52,844 bases of DNA from the NCBI GenBank assembly GCA_000934665.2, contig JYFJ02002678.1, positions 1 through 52,844 on the forward strand. Reading direction: 5' to 3'. Positions 48,835 to 52,844 of this stretch are shown piece after piece. Every line of letters starts with the position of its first letter. The stretch's first letter is position 1. The notes beneath the pieces are model-generated. The model had not been told where the DNA came from and ran no database searches. It saw only the letters and a program-made list of their open reading frames with translations. This DNA comes from Catajapyx aquilonaris (Eukaryota). A program made the translations under genes and the position numbers.

Positions 48835-51687
48835 ACTCGTGTTTATAATAAGAATTACTTGCAATTCGGCAATTACATGATTATACCGCGTGTTTAATAA
48901 GTTTTATCAGTAGTAATTTTACCGAAACTGACACAAGCTAACTTACGAATCGCTGCGCTGTAGTGATCTTTGACATTTTTATGAAAGAGTGTTTATGTTT
49001 TGTGGTGATTGTTGAGAATGCAAATCCTTTACTTGTGACATTACAGTCAGTGACCATCTGTAATCATCAGTCAATAATGACCGATTCTTCAAGTTGCCTC
49101 ACTTACCTCGAGTTTATTCCCCTGAAATAGCGTTTCTTGGCTGATTCCATCGCAGTATGCTGAACTGAAAGCATTGATAAACGATTTTGCCAAACTGTCT
49201 CTATATAAAATATGGATGTCGCGCTTCAGTCTGGAAACACTTTGAAAATGGTATGCTAAATCTCACATCTCGTCCAATCATCCGCGCAGAATAAATTACC
49301 TCCGCGACAGGAGACTCTATACTTCCATTTTGAACTGCTCGCGGTTAAAAACTGACTCGTACTTGTGATAAATGAGTACAAATATTGACACGTTGCACTA
49401 CGCCAGGGAAATTAAGGGAGGCTTCGTCACCACTCGGGAAGGTTGCTAGTGGATTTCACTCTTCGGTTTATTAAACTCGGTATGGACAGGAATAACAAGT
49501 AGGCTACGTAACAAGTGACTAGCACCATTACACAAACGATTTTCAGGCTGTTTTGCATATATGTATGTACAGTACACCAATACAAATGCATGACAATCCT
49601 CGTAATATCATGGGCATACAGTAAAACAAAAAATAAGCTTGATCTCGCACTAACCTTCCTACATGCTACTATAGTCGGTACAGAAAATCCTGGCCTGCTG
49701 GCCCAACATAAAATATTTAACAATAATAGCCATCAGACTATAGTAGATAAATGTCATTTATATTGGTGTAAATCCGACCTAAAAATTGGACTTAACAATA
49801 ATATGACAATGACATATCAGAACCCAGTGACATCATGGATTGTTACTCCTATTGCTGCACTGGGTGTAGTGGTTTTAGTATTCATGGACATTAAACTGAA
49901 CACTGTGCAGTTAGCATACGTGTAGAGGGTTTGGATTCACTGTAGCACCACTTGTGAAGAACAAATGTCAATTAATCTCCTAGCACCTGCCCACATTTAA
50001 GCGTGTTGAACAGTGCTGAGTACAATATTATAAAACGGGCAAATGGCGTCTACAGTGAGATGTGGCTAGGTGTGCAGAAGCCGGACAAATCGATCCGCAG
50101 TCCAAGTGACAGAACAATTAGCTCTAACCCTTGAAACCGTGTCACACAGGCTTTTAAACCTTTAGTACATAATTAGCTGTCGGACGTATATCACAGTGTA
50201 TTTACAGGGTAAGTGGCAAAGAAGCCAAAAAGTGACGGCCTAATCTCTTCTGTTAGACTTTTGCGGGTCAAATCTTGAAACTACGGTGCTCTCATTGTAT
50301 AGTGACACCAGGGAAGTGGAGATTCTATGTCAGGGTATATAGCCTCTATCACTGGGATATTATGAGGGTACTATAGCAATAATAAAAATAGAGTTGAAAC
50401 TGATCAAAATTAAAGTTGACGCCAAGATAATATTGCAAGTGTTACTTCTGACTTGGTGGTGTTAAGTATTGTTACAAGAAATAAATTTATTAAATATGCT
50501 TCTCTTGGAATATGATGCATTTTCGTGAAAAGTTGTACAAGAAAATTTCATCATAACTCCGGCATGTACACTTATAAAACGGAACAAATTTTAATCAGCA
50601 GAACCAAGTGTGTGAACTCACTGGATCGTTACTTCCCCCCAAAAAATTCCAAACACATGTAGAATTTGACCAGTGGTAATGAGCACATAGCATTTCATTT
50701 CCACCAGCTGTTTGCACTCGGATTGGTGATATCGGTGACTTATTTCGGTGCGACAATAAAAGCCCAGTGCTTACAGGCTTCACCGCAAGCAAAGATATCA
50801 TCGTGTAACTGCATGCAGGAGTTTGCATTTCCTCGTTTGCGCAAATTGGGATGAAGCGGGAGAATTAGGAGGAGTGGTGGCTGGGAGAGTCGGAGGTTGG
50901 GAAATGGCGATGATGAAGCTTTGCAGCAATGGGGACAGAAACAGAAAATGAAAAAAAAGTGTTCGACACTAGAGTGTCAAAATTTCAACTAGAGGGACTA
51001 GGAAATCGAATAATATTTCGTGCCATGTTTGTGTTGTGTGCCAGGGAAGAATCGAGCAGTTGGCAAGCCTCGTGTATATTAAGGCAGGAGAATTGGTAGA
51101 TAGGGCCCGTTAATGAGTTTTGTCAACTGGCAGGACTGGGCAATTCCAAAGCGGTCCGCAAAAAAATAAAGTAGGTTAACAGCTTATTGGAGAGGATTAA
51201 ACTCCCAGAGAGCCATGTGTTTTACAAAACTTCAGAATGGGCCAATGACTGGGCTACAAAACAACAAGGATTTTACTGGAAATGTGATTTGTCCATGCGG
51301 TTAGGCTTATCTTCCAGTTGAAAACATTGCGCTCCATGATTACTGTTTTCGCACATGTTGTGACTGTAAGAGCACTGTGAGGCCATGAATTACACCGTTA
51401 CAACAAAGAGCGTTACGAATAAATTACAACACACACATGATTCCATCCACCACAAACATTCCTACATTCTGACAACCTGCCAAAAAGTACAGGAACACCT
51501 CAATTCCGAATGGACGCTTCCCAGTAAACCCTTTGTATTTTGCGGGGCTGAAACTGCTACTTCAACACCTGAAAAGCCAAAAAAACATTGACGACTCGAG
51601 CCAAGCATTATCACGAGTGTTGTCTACTGAACAAAAGGAGCCTGCTAACTTCGCCGCCACAACAATGAATAAAACATGAATCTCATC

Positions 51688-51849
51688 TCATATCTGGAGC
51701 AACAGAGCCACTCCAGCCAAGACCCATTTTCCAGGCTTTTCCTTTGTCTTCAGATTAAAGGTCCAAACGTAGGTAGGTCCTCTCATCCGAGTCTTGTAAA
51801 CAGGACATTCGTACATGTTACGCATGTCCTGCTTGTCTTGCGTGATGGC
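51688..51849 (-). CDS. Dhc93AB: Axonemal dynein heavy chain, outer-arm beta type (DNAH9/11/17; Dhc93AB-like), terminal coding exon
   Basis: Acceptor ccttttcttcctcAG|GCC. The translation AITQDKQDMRNMYECPVYKTRMRGPTYVWTFNLKTKEKPGKWVLAGVALLLQI* is the canonical beta-dynein C-terminus. Upstream exons were not found in the window. Confidence 0.93.
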   Translation of the reverse strand, partial: AITQDKQDMRNMYECPVYKTRMRGPTYVWTFNLKTKEKPGKWVLAGVALLLQI

Positions 51850-52249
51850 CTGAGGAAGAAAAGGAACGATCGCACATTTTTGAGAGCAGTTACCGGAGAG
51901 GATTACACGGAGGCATGGGACCATGCAGCAATTTATCGGGGAATGTTGCCGTATCTCGACTGGTGCTATAATATTGCTTTCTGTTAGAATGCAATGGGGA
52001 GGATTTGGGACGTTGGAAGGTGGTGTACTACAGTACTGTAGGCCCATGCAAAAATTGATCCGGGGGAACCGTCTATGACATATGTGTCTCTGGCCGGGGG
52101 GAGGGGGGATCGTAGGAAAAATATATAATTAAAGAATAATGTAACATGTGAGGGGATTTTGTTGGGGAGCAGCTAGGTCAGATTATACTACGGATTTTTG
52201 GGGCGAAATGTTCGTAATTTTAATGGAGTAGGAGTACTAGAGCATAAAA

Positions 52250-52540
52250 ATGTAATTCTACTTATTTCCGGATGACAACTTGAGAAATTGAGGAATATTT
52301 CTTGTCTCTTCCACCGTTTTTGGTCTGGAAGGATAATCCGATTTCATGTCATGGGAGTCGTTCTTATTTGAATTCCGGGAATTTTTTGGGCGATGTTGGA
52401 AACTGCATATTATGGTATACATTGGATTGCCAGTAGGACTTTTCCACATTTGCAACATTAACTGTGTGGGAATTCCACGATCATAATGGAAACGCGTATA
52501 ATGAGCATTATTCATGTGATGGCGTTAGGTTTATAAAACA
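52250..52540 (-). mobile_element. Possible decayed LINE ORF2 C-terminal fragment in the dynein intron
   Basis: Frameshifted NAHYTRFHYDRG..CCKCGK..IIC..EETRNIPQFLKLS recalls the zinc knuckle and terminal helix of LINE ORF2. The match is weak. Confidence 0.25.
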
Positions 52541-52844
52541 TTGAATAATGCACATTTATATGGTGATTTTTTAAACCGGTTCGATCCCTGAAATAGGGAT
52601 GCTTTAAACAGATGATGACTTGGTGATAAAACATCACTTGAAAGGTTGAAAGTGGTCTGTAATTATTGATATATTCGATTACCATCAGTATTATAATAAA
52701 AAGGCCACATGTTATTCATACAGAATGTTATAAGTTGATTTTTGAGGGGCAATAGAATAGTTGTCATGTATCGATACAAACCTACAAATGGCGAGTTGGA
52801 TTTGAAATAGGGGTTTTCTGGTTTTTATAAATAACAAATCGGCT

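Noticed and set aside
51850..52047. N-terminal part of the 119-aa dynein ORF
   Set aside because: It lies upstream of a clear polypyrimidine-AG acceptor and is not dynein-like, so it is intron.

Overview
This is eukaryotic, AT-rich, repeat-dense genomic DNA, most likely from an arthropod, with no prokaryotic operons or CRISPR. Protein-coding content: (1) two paralogous minus-strand, two-exon, secreted cuticle-protein-like genes, join(16324-16335,15195-15590) and join(21339-21350,19019-19444), each with a TATA box and the same 12-nt MYKL first coding exon; (2) a GC-rich, probably single-exon plus-strand gene (41043-41804) with a C-terminal ILRPP..YAKGPSGLPT motif (DUF4797-like, recognised from memory); (3) the last exon of an outer-arm beta-type axonemal dynein heavy chain (51688-51849, minus). 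Repeats include eight tRNA-derived SINE copies from about five families, most with clear TSDs. There is also a decayed MULE/SWIM transposase broken by three SINEs, several MITE/foldback elements, a 5'-truncated retroposon end and microsatellites. The most interesting signal is that both cuticle genes carry a stand-alone, sense-oriented tRNA-like cloverleaf 86-90 nt downstream of the first splice donor. The two copies differ in sequence but keep their stems paired through compensatory changes, and both have an abnormal 3-nt variable loop and unconserved anticodon loops. Their first G completes a CAG that resembles a 3' splice site leading directly to an in-frame stop. All calls were made by eye, without database searches.
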